A DNA stretch of 63,546 nt, filler included, from Kipferlia bialata (lineage: Eukaryota), in NCBI GenBank assembly GCA_003568945.1. It is 7 parts of 6 records of this genome, joined end to end, with 100 filler letters (N's around TTAATTAATTAA, not from the genome) between each part and the next. Parts side by side here need not be neighbours in the genome. Positions count along the whole stretch, not along the records: positions 9,206 to 23,987 come from BDIP01000775.1; positions 24,088 to 30,345 come from BDIP01000776.1; 5 more parts are not named here. One strand, written 5' to 3'. Positions 13,054 to 26,152 of this stretch are shown here, piece after piece (position 1 is the stretch's first letter; each line of letters begins with the position of its first letter). The notes beneath the pieces are model-generated. The model was given only the letters and a program-made list of their open reading frames with translations, did no database searches and was not told the DNA's origin. The translations under genes and the position numbers were made by a program.

Positions 13054-14524
13054 AGCAGTCGACTGAGTGTCTATACAGCCAGAAGTTTGGAGAATGGCTT
13101 CTCTTACGTTGAAGAGCTGACTATTGTGGCCGGGTTTTCTGTGACGTGGCCAGTAGGCATTTTGTTTTGCCAAAGTGCTAACGGGTACACGAGTCATTTG
13201 CATCTGACGCTGTCCTCTCTCAGTCCGCTGAGTGTTGGTGTTATACCGCTGGACTGGTGCCTCTCCAGGGTCACAGAGTACACATACGACAGTCGATATG
13301 ATCCTGTAGAACAAGGTGCTCGATCCAGTTGAGACATAGGTACCAGTGAGGGACGCGTCATCCAAGTGGTTGTGGGGAAATGTGCTCTTACGCACGCAAC
13401 AGTGGTAGTACTTGTCGGATGGCAAATAGAGACAGATACTGTCACCCTAGTATATCTTATAGTCGCAATGTCGGAGATGAGGCTCTCTTCATGAGAGACT
13501 CCTAACTCAGGAGTCCTGAGAGGACTGAAGAAGTGTGGATACAGGAGTAAGCAACAAAACCTCACTCTTCTCGTCTATATGAGGTTCACGGAGACGGACA
13601 GGAGTGAATACTACATATGAACATAGTATAGAAGTTCTATAATAGAATACACAACATTTAGTGCATTGGCAATGGGCAAGTGGGTAACACCAATGGTTAT
13701 CAGTGGCACCCATGAGAATATGAATCATAGACAAGGCTCTCAAGTGGTCCACCTATGCTCTAGATTCCACGGCATTGATGTCTAGAGTTCGACGCCATAC
13801 AGTGTATGGCGGCCATACACTGAGTTAGTACCAACATAATGAAGGCATCTCAAGTTGGTGCACTTCTCAATCGGTCCCCCTGTCTCATCAATACGTCACA
13901 CTTCCTCTCTGTCGAAAGGAAGATACCATTACCTCACTTCAATGCTTGAATCCATCCTCTTCCTGTTTTAGCAAGCAGATATTGATAGGGTGACTTTGCC
14001 TTGCGTGACTCGAATCTGAGTCAGACTATCTGATCGTAGTTTAGTCTCTTTATCGAGACCAAATCAAAGTCGGATCAAGTAAAAGGGCCGTCTCTTTACA
14101 AGTATTTAGACTTGCTGATTAGTACTTCAGGTTGCCATTGATAATTGAGTATCACAACATATATCACTCCGAGCCGACGAGAGAGTCTATCTGAGATTCC
14201 AACAGAGCAACTCAAACAATGACATAGACACCACTAGACTCTAGTGACTAGAGGTCAAGGATGGATTGTAATTGTTGGTGTAACACTTAAATCGTGTATC
14301 AACTCTGAATCAGAGTCTGATTCATGGTTTCCGGAAGCCAACGCTATGGGCTTCATAGTCATTGATCTATAGTCAATCATATGTATGATGTGACGGTGTA
14401 TGAGCTAACGTGTCTATTCAGCATTCGAGTGGATCTATCATCATATGACACAGTGAGCGACCAGGTCCACTTGTCACACCCTGTAAGTCACAGGGCCTGT
14501 ACTCACCATAGAATGGGAGTATCT

Positions 14525-17500
14525 TCACCCCATGGCCTCCGCCCTCTGCCTCTGCCTCTCATCGTGTGCCACCACCTCTGCCTCCACCATAGCAGCTATC
14601 TCAGCCTCATAGTAGACCTTGACGGCATTGCGGCGGATCTTCTGGGTGTTAGTATTAGTACTCAGTATCCAATCCGTGACAAGTATAGAGTCACCGTACC
14701 ATTGTCACAGTCATCAGGTTGTTCTCCACTGTGAACTCCTCAGCGATGTGCACACGTCTCACAACCTAGTGTTAGAGTAGTGAGAGTCAAGGTGACAAAA
14801 TGTCCTTATGGTCGCCACTTACAAATGTCTTTGGATCTGAGGAAGTTCTCTATAACACAATACATACCTCATAGCCGTGTAGTGAGTATCTCTTGGCCGT
14901 GTTCTTGATCTCTGCGAGCAGGGCCTCCTCTCTCTCAGCCACAGGGGTGGCCACACTATCCCACTCAGCTGTCTGCTCCTCACTGGGTACCACAATAGAC
15001 ACAAGGAAGGGGACCGTGGTGATGTCGGGGATGTACATGGTCTCTAGGCTGTTGTGCTCACAGTACATGGACTCCAGGCGCTCAGGGGCCACATACTCTC
15101 CCTGCTGCAGCTTGAATATCTCCTTGCACCTGCCTACAATCTGGAGGCAGTTCTTGTCGTCCCACCTGGGTCAGGGGTCCATAGAAGGCAAGTAGTAACA
15201 CAGATACATGAGGTGTTACTAAACAGTACACATCATCTCTTCCTACCTCCCAATGTCCCCTGTTCTGAACCACCCGTCTAGGAAGGCATCTGCCGTACCC
15301 TCTGGGTCCTTGTAGTACCCGGAGAAGATGGAGGTCCCGTTCACCAGGATCTCTCCCCTGCCATCATCTGGTAGGTCCATACCGGGCTGGGGTGGGATGA
15401 AGGTACAACTATAGCCATCACAGACAACTGATTGTATAATGATTATACTAATCCATCACAGTTACAGTATCAATGTGAACTGCTACCACATACCTCTCTG
15501 TACAGGGCTATTTCTGCGTTGGGTGTGGGCACTCCCACATTTCCCACATCCAGCTGGTCTGTGTGCTGCACAGTGGTGGCAGCGCATGTCTCAGTCAGTC
15601 CATACCCACATATGAACCTGCAGCCAAAGGTCTCCCTCATGAAGCACTGCACCTCCTCGGATATGGGTGCACCCCCACAGATCAGCAGCTCCATGCTGCC
15701 TCCCATCCTCTGTCTCACCTGGGTGATGAGAAGACTAGGTGCATAGATAGCATAGATCCATTGAGTGTCATATATGAATGGCAGGTATATTGACCCACCT
15801 TGCCGAGGATGAACCTGCTCACGGCTGAGGCGGCATAGGGGTACTGCTCGTGCTGGTCCCTCAGGGCGTAGCGGAAGAGTGCATTGACTACCTAGTATCA
15901 GACATGTGGATCACAATACAGCAACATATTAGAATGGATAGGCATTTGCCCACCTTGTGCTTGGCGAGCAGACGCCCGATGCCCTCGTAGATCTTGCAGT
16001 ACACCCTAGGCACACCCAGCATCACTGGGGGTAAGTGAAGGTATGTCAGAGAGATACATTGGTGACCGCCACCCACCGTGTGGCTTGATGATCCCGATGT
16101 CCCCGAGCAGGTGCTCGACATGGCCTGGGTATCAGCATATCATATGCATACACATATACAGATATTGATACTGATATTGATACTGGCCTGAGTAGAAGTG
16201 GATGTGGGCGCCGATGAACACGGCCACCCCGAACACCACTCTCTCCAGTACATGGGCCAGAGGGAGGTACGAGATGTAGCGCTGGGGTGAGTAACGTGGC
16301 ATCGGATAATAGAATAGGTGAAGTCTCTCTCTCATACCTTGTGGTCGAGCTGCATGTAGAGGGGTGCCAGCTTTGCCTGGTAGAACCCTATGACGGCAGT
16401 GGCCAGGGCACCGTGGGACATGACGGCGCCCTGGAGTTAGGAGTGAGAGACACTACACTAGCAGATACAGAGTGAGTCACTCACCCTTTCCCCACCTTCT
16501 GTGCCCCCGTTGTGCCACTTGTGTATATGATGCTGCACAGGGTGGCAGGGGTGGGGTCCTCGGGGGGTGCGGGGTCCGAGTGGCCCAGGGTCTCCAGGGC
16601 AGGCAGGCGGATGAAGGACACACCCACTGCAGAGCAGGTGGCCTGGAGGAGCTCCTGGTCTGGGTTAGTGACATGGGATGAATAGCTACACGATACTCTC
16701 TAGAACTCACCTCCACGGAACCACTCCTCGTCGGAGAGAAGCACCACGTGCTTGACACACAGCTCCCCGTCCCCCGCCTCCTCCTTTAGAAGGTCGAGGG
16801 CAGCAGCTATGGACCCAGCCCTGGGGGCCTCTACACACACGACAGATGACTCAGAGTGGTGGATGACATGTCTGGAGGTGGGAGGGGGGGTATGGTCAGA
16901 GTAGGTAGTACGAAAGAGGGCAGTTGTATATGTATACCGTACCTGTACCCGGTGACACCCAGGCTGTCGTAGAGGGGCACAGAGACAAAGGAGTTGCGGT
17001 AGCATGCCTGCTGGATCAGGGCCCACTCAGGCCGGTTGGCAGCGCATATGACCACCTTGTCCCCTGCTACTACACCCCTATGACACAGACCAGAGGCAAC
17101 GGCGTCAATCTGGAGTGAGGGGTGAACCCAACTGATATGACAGGTAACTGTATGTTACAGAAGAGAGAGTAGTTGAGGTATAATACTACCTATACCTTCT
17201 GATCGAACTCGGCGTATGTGAGGGTGGTAAATGTGTCAGCCAGCACATATGGCTTGGAGGATGCCTCATCGTCGGGATTGCTGGGTGAGTAATTGTGAGT
17301 GAGAGAGAGTGACTCACTAGTGAGACAGAAGGCACATTCTATATCGTACCGAACCCTCTTTGTACGGTACCCGCTGAATGGCTTCTCAGCATAGAGGCGC
17401 ACAGATCTCTGCCAGTTCTCCCTGGGGTGAATACACACACATGCAGCACATAATACCCAACACGTTATATCCAATAGTCACATGTGACTGAGTACAATAA

Positions 17501-17758
17501 GACAGACCCCCATTGTCCATGTCTTCCCCCACACTACCACACAATATAAATAGAAGCAGTGTGCCAGAACAGTGAATCTCACCTGAGTGTAGTTACCCCA
17601 TCCAGCTTGATGTCGGTGTAGATGTTCTCAGGTGCGAAGGGGCTCCTATGGGCAACAGTCTCCACCCCATTGATCACAATGGGCACCTCGCAGGGGTGAC
17701 CGGAGGGCTCCATTCCTCCTACAGTGAAGAGGGTGGGCCGAGGGGATGAGCCCTTCAT
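14525..17758 (-). CDS. ACSL: Long-chain acyl-CoA synthetase (AMP-binding), multi-exon
   Basis: Spliced motifs [76 protein letters not shown]; ends [15 protein letters not shown]...AMG*. Start codon tentative. Confidence 0.93.
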
Positions 17759-17890
17759 CCAGGCAAGCACTGTAGACCAGACCCAATGAACAGTGTGGGT
17801 AGCCTATTCCGGCATTTTTGTCTCGTTATGGTAAAAGGGTGCGGCCTGACTCGATGCCTTTGGAACATAGACTGCCTCTCTCTTGTTGTC
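17759..17890. promoter_or_regulatory. Compact bidirectional promoter between ACSL and ARP6
   Basis: Divergent start codons about 130 bp apart. Similar head-to-head pairs at 9462/9588, 32473/32680, 43807/44298 and 54150/54604. Confidence 0.5.
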
Positions 17891-19438
17891 ATGTCCAAGT
17901 ACCAGAACACTGTGGTTCTCGACAATGGGGGCCACACCCTGAAGGCAGGTGTTGTGGGCCAGTCTGACTTTGTGTGTGTGCCCAACATGGCTGTGAGGGA
18001 CAGGACCGGCAAGGTGCACGTGCACATGTCTGGGGACGATGTCCAGCTGGCCAGTGACGGCCAGATCCTGAGGCCCACGGACAGAGGGTACCCCCTGAGG
18101 TGGAGTGTGCAAGCCAGCCTGTGGGACCATGTGTTTGGCCACCAGTGCCTGGGTGTGGACCCGACTGACTCTGCCCTGTGTCTGGCCACCCCTCCCTTCC
18201 AGCCCAAGGAGATAGCCAAGGCATGTATATATATAGAGAGAGAGAGAGAGAAGACTGGCAAGGAGATGAAAGGTCAGGGGGTATGATGGGGGGGGGGGAG
18301 TTGTGATATATGCATATACATTGGATACCATCCCCACTGATATCAGGTGCTGTATGAGCATGTGTTTGAGTACTACGGCTTCCAGGGTCTGTTCCGCCAC
18401 ATCCCAGCCTTCTTCGCGTCCTTCCAGGTGGACACACAGGCTGGCCTGTACATCGACTCAGGCCACTCTGGCACATGGACGGTGCCAATCATCCACAACC
18501 AGGTGGGTGTCTCTCTCTCTCTCCCTATCTGCACTGGTCTCTTTGTCTGTCTCACACTAGGTGTTGCTCCATGGTGTCAGGAGGGTCGATGTTGGAGGGG
18601 CAGTGCTCAACAAGGTATAATTGTGTTGCTACCGTTGTAAGGAGTGACACACAACTCTAACTAGTACATTGTTATTCAGTACCCCCCCCCCCCTTGTAAA
18701 TCTCTGATCCCCAGGAGCTGCGTCGTGTTGTGTCCATGGCCCAGTTTGACTTGACTAGAGAGGCGCTGCTGGCAGAGCAGATCGGACACCTCATCTTCAG
18801 GGTGTCAGACAACTTCAGGTACATCATCCCCCACCCCCCCCACTCACAGTATACACTACACTTGTTGCTCACACCCCAGGGCCGATATGATGTCCTTCAA
18901 GGAGCAGCACTCGGTGGGCTCCCTCCGCAGCAGGTGCCGCCCCCTCTCTGTATTGCTCCCAGACTACACCACCTCCAAGGCCCCCGTGGTCCTGGACCCC
19001 ACCACCCCTGCCCCCCCTAGGAGGGATGTGTACAGACCAGGCCCAGAGCAGGTGTACTGCCCAGAGCTGCTCTTCCACCCCGAGTATGCGGGTATAGCCC
19101 AGGGGGGTGTACAGCAGGCTGCGGCCCAGGGCCTTGCCTGTCTTCCCTCAGCTGTGGCCGAGGCCTGCTGGGGCAGTGTGGTGCCCATAGGCGGTGTCAC
19201 CAACATACCCGGGTACAGGCAGAGGCTGCAGCAGGAGCTGTCGGGTGTGGCCCCCTCCTGTGTGAATGTGAGTGTGCTGGACCCTGGGCAGAGTGAGAGC
19301 GGGAAGGGTGGGGAGGGCATAGCCTTCAGGGGGATGGTCAAGTATGCAGCCGGGGATGAGTTCCCAAAGAGCATGGTGACCCTCGACCTCTACAAGGAGT
19401 ATGGCGACAACCTCTGCACATCCCGCTTTGCCTGGTAG
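17891..19438 (+). CDS. ARP6: Actin-related protein 6 (SWR1/SRCAP complex)
   Basis: TVVLDNGGHTLKAG, RPTDRGYPLRW, IDSGHSGTWTVP, RVDVGGAVLNKELRRVVS, VLLPDY, CPELLFHP, VTLDLYKEYG..CTSRF match the ARP6 pattern. Four introns, the first GC-AG. Confidence 0.88.
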
Positions 19439-19947
19439 CGTGTCAGTCAGATAGGCTAGGGGGGGAGTGGGGGGAGGCCCACGTTGCCTCCTCCCCCCCC
19501 CTTCTACCCCACCTGCCTAGGGACACAACCACTGACCCTGGCTGGTCCCATCCCACCAGGCCTGGATGCATGCAGCGGAGTCAAGTGCTATTCACTTCAC
19601 TACTCCATGCCATACCGTTGCAACACATTGGACACGCCGAGAGTCGACATGTACGCATGTGCATCCTGTATCCCAACCGCCCATCCCGTCTCTGTGTAGA
19701 AGACCACCATGGGCTGAGTCTAGTATGTGTAGTGCTCCTAATGATCCACACCAATACTCATACACCCAGTCCTGAGAGAGGTGACTGCACGGGTGTTTCA
19801 GTCAGAGATAGAATATTGGGAGCTGTGTATTATTTGTCCTAAGCCACTAAGCCGAGTGTTTTGGAGACATACATCTGTCATTGTTGATCTATATCTAACA
19901 CTCAAACACAGAGTGATATATATCTGATACACTAATGAATCTATTGC

Positions 19948-20193
19948 TCACTCGACGGACTTGAGGAGCCAGTCCACACCCGGCTTGACGTCCTTGTTCT
20001 CAATGGCTGAGCAGCCCTGGATCTGCCACTGCCTGGGGTGGGTGGGCAGAGATACGGATAGAACAGTTGAATCAAGACATAGAGGTGAATATGTATATAC
20101 GGATACACGGAATGCATATGGATACCTGTCCCTAAGCTGGTGGAGTCCCAGAAGGTCGCATATCTCGTCTGGCTTGGCAGATGTGATCAGATC
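19948..20193 (-). CDS. ARL3: Last two exons of an ARL3-like small GTPase; 5' half not found
   Basis: DLITSAKPDEICDLLGLHQLRDR|QWQIQGCSAIENKDVKPGVDWLLKSVE* matches the ARL3 C-terminus (DLLTAAPASEI..LNLHTIRDR.WQIQSCSA...V.DG.NW). Confidence 0.8.
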   Translation of the reverse strand, partial: DLITSAKPDEICDLLGLHQLRDRYPYAFRVSVYTYSPLCLDSTVLSVSLPTHPRQWQIQGCSAIENKDVKPGVDWLLKSVE

Positions 20194-20243
20194 CTGGGGT
20201 TAGTCATGGGACGCTTGGGGGGGGGGGGGGGGGGGAGGGGGAA

Positions 20244-20282
<39 letters not shown>

Positions 20283-21137
20283 AGAGAGTCACTCCAATCC
20301 TGTGTTGAGATACGCCTTGGTAGTTGCACTGACTAAACATAGGGTATATGATACCAATTCAGGGACTACTGGATCGGTGTGTAGCAAGTGAGCCCCTAAT
20401 ATCTGGTAAATATATATATACCTGGTATGGTGGCATAGACACCAGTGACACACACACACACCAGGGCCACCAGCGTCAGACACCATGTGCCTATGAGCAT
20501 TGGGAGTCAAGTGCTGGTGGGAGAGGAGATAAGAGATAAGAGAATGACAGTCACTGGACTGAAGAGGAAGAGAAGAAACAATGGTAACACTTATCCGGGG
20601 TGATATCCATACAAGCATACCTGTTAGCAGCAGTAACTAACTAGGCGGGGGTCAATAGCCGAGCCTCCTCCCAGCGAGACTACACTCTACTCTGAAGGAG
20701 AGGTTCGTGTGGATAGGTCAGACAGCCCAAAGGGTCCAGTGGGGTTGGCCAGATTGTCTGATGGACTTGTCACACTCAGAGTCAATATCAGGACTCAGAG
20801 ATCAGTAGAATCAGTAGTATTAACCTCAGCCAGATCCCCCGTTGAGTTAAGAGTACCCAAACATGTAACCTGGGCCAATAGAGACCCCCAAACGTATTCC
20901 AGATGTGCCAAGGAGACTGTGTGTATTGTCGAGGATGACTCCAAATACCATCAACCAGTGTGCACATCCACATCGTACACTCTATTGTCATGACCCCTAC
21001 TCACTCATATACAAGCTGAATCCCACTTTCTGAGCAGTACAGACAACATGGGGAGTGTCAGGAGGACTTGGGCCTCTAGATAGCCCTACAGACACCGATA
21101 TATACACGATGAGTCACTACTCATCTGCCCTCTCTCC

Positions 21138-22198
21138 TCAGTCGTACTCTGCCTCCCCCTCTCCCTGTTGGTACAGCGAGTCCAGTGCCTCCCTGAGTAT
21201 CATCTGTGCATCGGACAGACAGAGGTGGGGCAGGGGGGTCACAGCCTGTGGTCTAGGCAGACCCAGCAGCACAGACACGTCATCCTCTGAGGGGGTGAGG
21301 GGGGGGGGAGAGAGAGATACATGAGAGGGTGCCAATCCCGNNNNNNNNNNNNNNNNNNNNNNNNNNNNNNNNNNNNNNNNNNNNNNNNNNNNNNNNNNNN
21401 NNNNNNNNNNNNNNNNNNNNNNNNNNNNNNNNNNNNNNNNNNNNNNNNNNNNNNNNNNNNNNNNNNNNNNNNNNNNNNNNNNNNNNNNNNNNNNNNNNNN
21501 NNNNNNNNNNNNNNNNNNNNNNNNNNNNNNNNNNNNNNNNNNNNNNNNNNNNNNNNNNNNNNNNNNNNNNNNNNNNNNNNNNNNNNNNNNNNNNNNNNNN
21601 NNNNNNNNNNNNNNNNNNNNNNNNNNNNNNNNNNNNNNNNNNNNNNNNNNNNNNNNNNNNNNNNNNNNNNNNNNNNNNNNNNNNNNNNNNNNNNNNNNNN
21701 NNNNNNNNNNNNNNNNNNNNNNNNNNNNNNNNNNNNNNNNNNNNNNNNNNNNNNNNNNNNNNNNNNNNNNNNNNNNNNNNNNNNNNNNNNNNNNNNNNNN
21801 NNNNNNNNNNNNNNNNNNNNNNNNGAGATATAACATGAACCTGGGGTAGGCCCCCAACCTGCCCCCCCCCCCCCAATCTACCAGCACCACTATACATACA
21901 GTCTGTCATAGTCATACACTGTCACCACACATGCCCATACCTGATATGAACCCCAGGGTGTCTGTGGCGTCTCCCGGCATTCCGTCCCCCACCACGACGG
22001 GTATGGCACCCCCTCTGTCATACATGTCCCGGCCAGACATGCAGATGGGAGCAGACACACTCTCACGCACTACCCTGACCCCTGCCGCAAGACTAAGCCT
22101 TAGTCACAAAGGGCTCTCTCCTAGCCTTCAACAATCCCCACTGCAAGGATCACGAGAGAGTGGCTCAAATCCGAGGCTGTAAGTGAGGTCAGAGTCAT
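21138..22198 (-). CDS. Small unknown multi-exon gene interrupted by an N gap
   Basis: Exons at about 21941-22100 (..GGAIPVVVGDGMPGDATDTLGFIS|gt) and 21138-21286 (EDDVSVLLGLPRPQ...AEYD*) with typical splice signals. Confidence 0.4.
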
Positions 22199-22515
22199 GC
22201 AACCGGAGGCCGTGAAATCATTACCAGACCCTCAATTCACAGTTTTTTGGTGTTGAAGTGTCTTCGCTTAGAAGTGAGAATAGCATTCACTTCTTCTCAG
22301 CCGGCCTCTCTTCTCCAACTGAGTGATGCAGTGACTTCCGAACAGCCGCTAGCAGAGCACTTGCCCTTTATACCAGTGCCCTGTCCTCCAGATTTTTCAA
22401 CTCGTATATATATACGCTTCAGTGTTGATAACTATAGACCTAACTATAGACCTAACCATAACAGCTGCACTCAATCTCTATTACACTATCATACTACAGT
22501 CAGTCGACACTCCTA

Positions 22516-23867
22516 CTAGACAACAACATCACCATCACCCGACCCATAGGATGTACCCATGGTTGGGTCTGTGAGTGTGTCTTGGTCACCTATGATCTTG
22601 GTGAAGCCGTGGCTCTTACCAGACCTGTGGGTCAGAAATAGTGTTATGTAGCACAACTAGTTACAAACGCTTCAGGAGGCGTCAGTGATGAGACCTGGAT
22701 GCATTCACAAATCGGAAATGGTTAGCTACATATAGAACGCCAATGGGGGTAAGCGTAGCAGCTGTCAATACGCAATTAGATATAGTCTAACCTGTTGTGA
22801 CGCATGTGGAGGTAGTACCCCAGAGCACCCAGGAAGATGACCCCCTCCCCTATCAGTATGACTACGAGCCATGTCTCCATGAAGCCCATGCCATGGGAGA
22901 GGCCAGGGGCAGATATGTGTGATTCGATCTCACACTCGTTGGTGCCACGCCTGGAGTATTAGGTGGACAAACGAGACATTGCTATGAGACACACATGTTG
23001 TGGGTGTATCGGTTGACAAAATGTATCACAAGCACGGCAGTCAGAGTTGGATACAAGTCAGTGGATACCTGATCTTGAAGTACCCGTCCTCCCCCCAGGA
23101 TGTTCCCCACTGGTTCTGGACCAGCCAATAGGGGGTGCTCCCACTCATTCCCCAGCCCAGTATCTTAACAGCGTGTAATCCCTCTGGGTGCTCACCAGGG
23201 ATGTGGGAGTACACCTTGCTCCTATAGCTCTGGGATGAGACGTGTATCTAGACTGGCATCATACAGTACCCTCTCTCGTCATCTCCACATCCTCCGACAG
23301 TAGACTTCAATCACAATACCCACAAGTGATATCAAACCTTATGGTACTCACCGAGAAGGACTTGTATACCATCATCACGGCTGTCACAGGCCCGTTGGTC
23401 ATGATCTCACTCATTATGGCAGCGGAGGCAGAGACATCGTTAGTGGCAGTCGTCTGGTACCCTGGATGTTTTAGTATAGAAGACATGGGGTGAAGATGAT
23501 CTACGAATCTCTACGTACAGTGATCAGCCTTGAAGTTCTTCTGCTTGCTTCCATCCGTGCACCTTGATGGACACTCGGGTACCTGCCCGGCAGTACCTGA
23601 CACGTAGGGCACACAACTGTCTAGCACTGTCCCCTCAGACACTAGGAAGTCCCAAGTGGCAGGGGTTGTGGCACCGTCGCAGGCATATGCCCCGTCTTCC
23701 TCGTCACAGGACACCATGTACTGGGGGGAGAGGTAGTCGATGACGGGTAACCCCTTCTCGTACTGTGCGATGGAGAGCCTATCCTCCAGCACACCGGCAG
23801 AGGCAAAGGCCCAGCAGGACATGCACCCTGCCTGGTCACGGACAGGAGATATGTACCCTGGCCACTC
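22516..23867 (-). CDS. Cathepsin B-like (papain C1A) cysteine protease with C-terminal transmembrane helix; pro-region off contig
   Basis: [14 protein letters not shown] (catalytic Cys), [27 protein letters not shown] (His), [31 protein letters not shown] (Asn), then [21 protein letters not shown] and a cytosolic tail. Confidence 0.92.
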
Positions 23868-24087
23868 CTGATTGTTGGTAGTGCTAAGGATATTGCCCAT
23901 ACACAACTGAACTCATTGTATGGGATGAGACTGAAATACTAAAGAGAATACGGGGGGGGGGGGGGGGGGGGGGGGGGGGTCTCACAANNNNNNNNNNNNN
24001 NNNNNNNNNNNNNNNNNNNNNNNNNNNNNNNTTAATTAATTAANNNNNNNNNNNNNNNNNNNNNNNNNNNNNNNNNNNNNNNNNNNN

Positions 24088-24140
<53 letters not shown>

Positions 24141-24149
24141 AAAAGAAAA

Positions 24150-25077
24150 TCTGATGTCATCCAGCATGACAAGGGGGGACTGCACTCTGGTGTGAGTCAT
24201 AGACACTATTACTATATATATATATAGAGAGAGAGAGAGAGATTATATAGTGATGTCATCCAGCATGACAAGGGGGAACTGGACCCTGAGGTTAGGGAAC
24301 AGGATATAATATGGGTATAAGCATCTCTAAACACTGTTGTATATGATGTACTATTAGTGTATATAGTTGTTAGTCTGATGTCATCCAGCATGACAAGGGG
24401 GCTCTGCACTCTGGTGTGAGCCATAGACACTATATATATGTATACAAATGCAGATACATACCATGGTATATATACATATATACCTGTCTCCCTCCTCCCA
24501 TGCCATGTCCCCATCTAAGCCACTATATATATGTATACGATGCACATACTAAACACAGATATATTCATATAAACACTATATGCATAGTATATACCTATCT
24601 CCTTCTTCCCATGCCATGTCCCCGTCTATTCCCACTGTGGTATAAGCCTGGTGGGCAGAGGGGGACCTGGTATGAGTATGGTTCTGATACATACACATAT
24701 GTGTGTATATAGGAGAGGAGGGACAGAGAGAGGATGTATGCCCACTGCGGTATAGGCCTGGTGGGCAGAGGGGGACCTAATGTTAGAGGGAGAGAGAGAA
24801 AGGGAGAGAGAGAAAAGGGAAGGGCCTGGGCAGAGGGGGACCTGGGAAAAGAATATATACAGATAGAGAGAGGATTAGTACACATAAGGTACTATACATA
24901 TCATATATTGAGAGAGAGAGGGGGATAGGCCTCGTGCGCAGAGGGTACCATGAATGAGCTTTGTGTTTGGAGAGAGAGAGAGAGAGCACTGGATCATCAT
25001 ATGGATCGGGTGTGGAAGCCATAGAAGGAGAGAGAGTGATACACACCTGTCTTCATTAGGCATAAGGAATGTATATG

Positions 25078-25133
<56 letters not shown>

Positions 25134-25325
25134 TACACACCTGTCTTCAAGGGGGTCGGGATTGGTGTTCAAGTTTGCGAGACCTGGGGTGAGACACAAA
25201 CGGAGAAGAGAGAGAGAAAGGGTTTGTGTGTGAGAGAGAACGACAACCAATGAGGAGAGAGACATCTAGACCCAAATCACTTAACAGAGTGACGCTCTAT
25301 CCCTACCTAGCATTTGTCTGAGTGC

Positions 25326-25364
<39 letters not shown>

Positions 25365-25523
25365 CATGTATATATACACTATACCCTACCTAGCATCTGC
25401 CTCAGTGCCTTGGCCCTCTGGGTGTGCCTCTCCCTCTCTCTCTCTCTATATGTATACATATATATACATACTACATACCATACCCCTACCTAGCATCTGT
25501 CTCAGTGCCTTGGCCCTCTGGGT

Positions 25524-25562
<39 letters not shown>

Positions 25563-26114
25563 CATATATGTATATATATATACCACATACCTAGCATCTG
25601 TCTCAGTGCCTTGGCCCTCTGGGTGTGCCTCTTGCCAGCAGAGGCCCTGAGGATAAGTATGTTTCATATATATATATATACATCTATATGTGTGTGTACA
25701 TATAATGCACATACACACATCAGAGGCCCTGCTAACTCCTATTCCTATCTCTTTATGCATTGAGCATATACACACTGTGTACATACCTCTGAAACCTCTT
25801 CTTAGGTAGACTGGGCATGGTCTGCTACACATATCATATATATACTACCAGTACGTGTATCCATACATTCACTGATAACACAGTTCTTACAGTAATATTA
25901 CTTCTCTGCATAGTGTGTATACCTCTGGAATCTCTCTTCTTTGGCAGACTGGGCATGGTCTACATCAAATATATATATACACACTATATACATATCTATA
26001 TACATATATATATATACATAACTATATATACCTCTGGAACCTCTTCTTTGGCAGACTGGGCATGGTCTTGCTGAAGCCTCTGCCCTGCCTGGGGGTGGGG
26101 GTAATACTATACAC

Positions 26115-26152
<38 letters not shown>

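Noticed and set aside
13039..13752. Short minus-strand ORFs between the helical protein and ACSL
   Set aside because: No recognisable motif and no consistent splice model.
20289..21000. Protein-like minus-strand frame with in-frame TGA/TAG/TAA (recoding or selenoprotein?)
   Set aside because: All three stop types occur, and conserved genes here end in TAA (eIF1, WDR55), TAG (ARP6) and TGA (ARL3), so the code is standard. At most a decayed pseudogene; no homology recognised.
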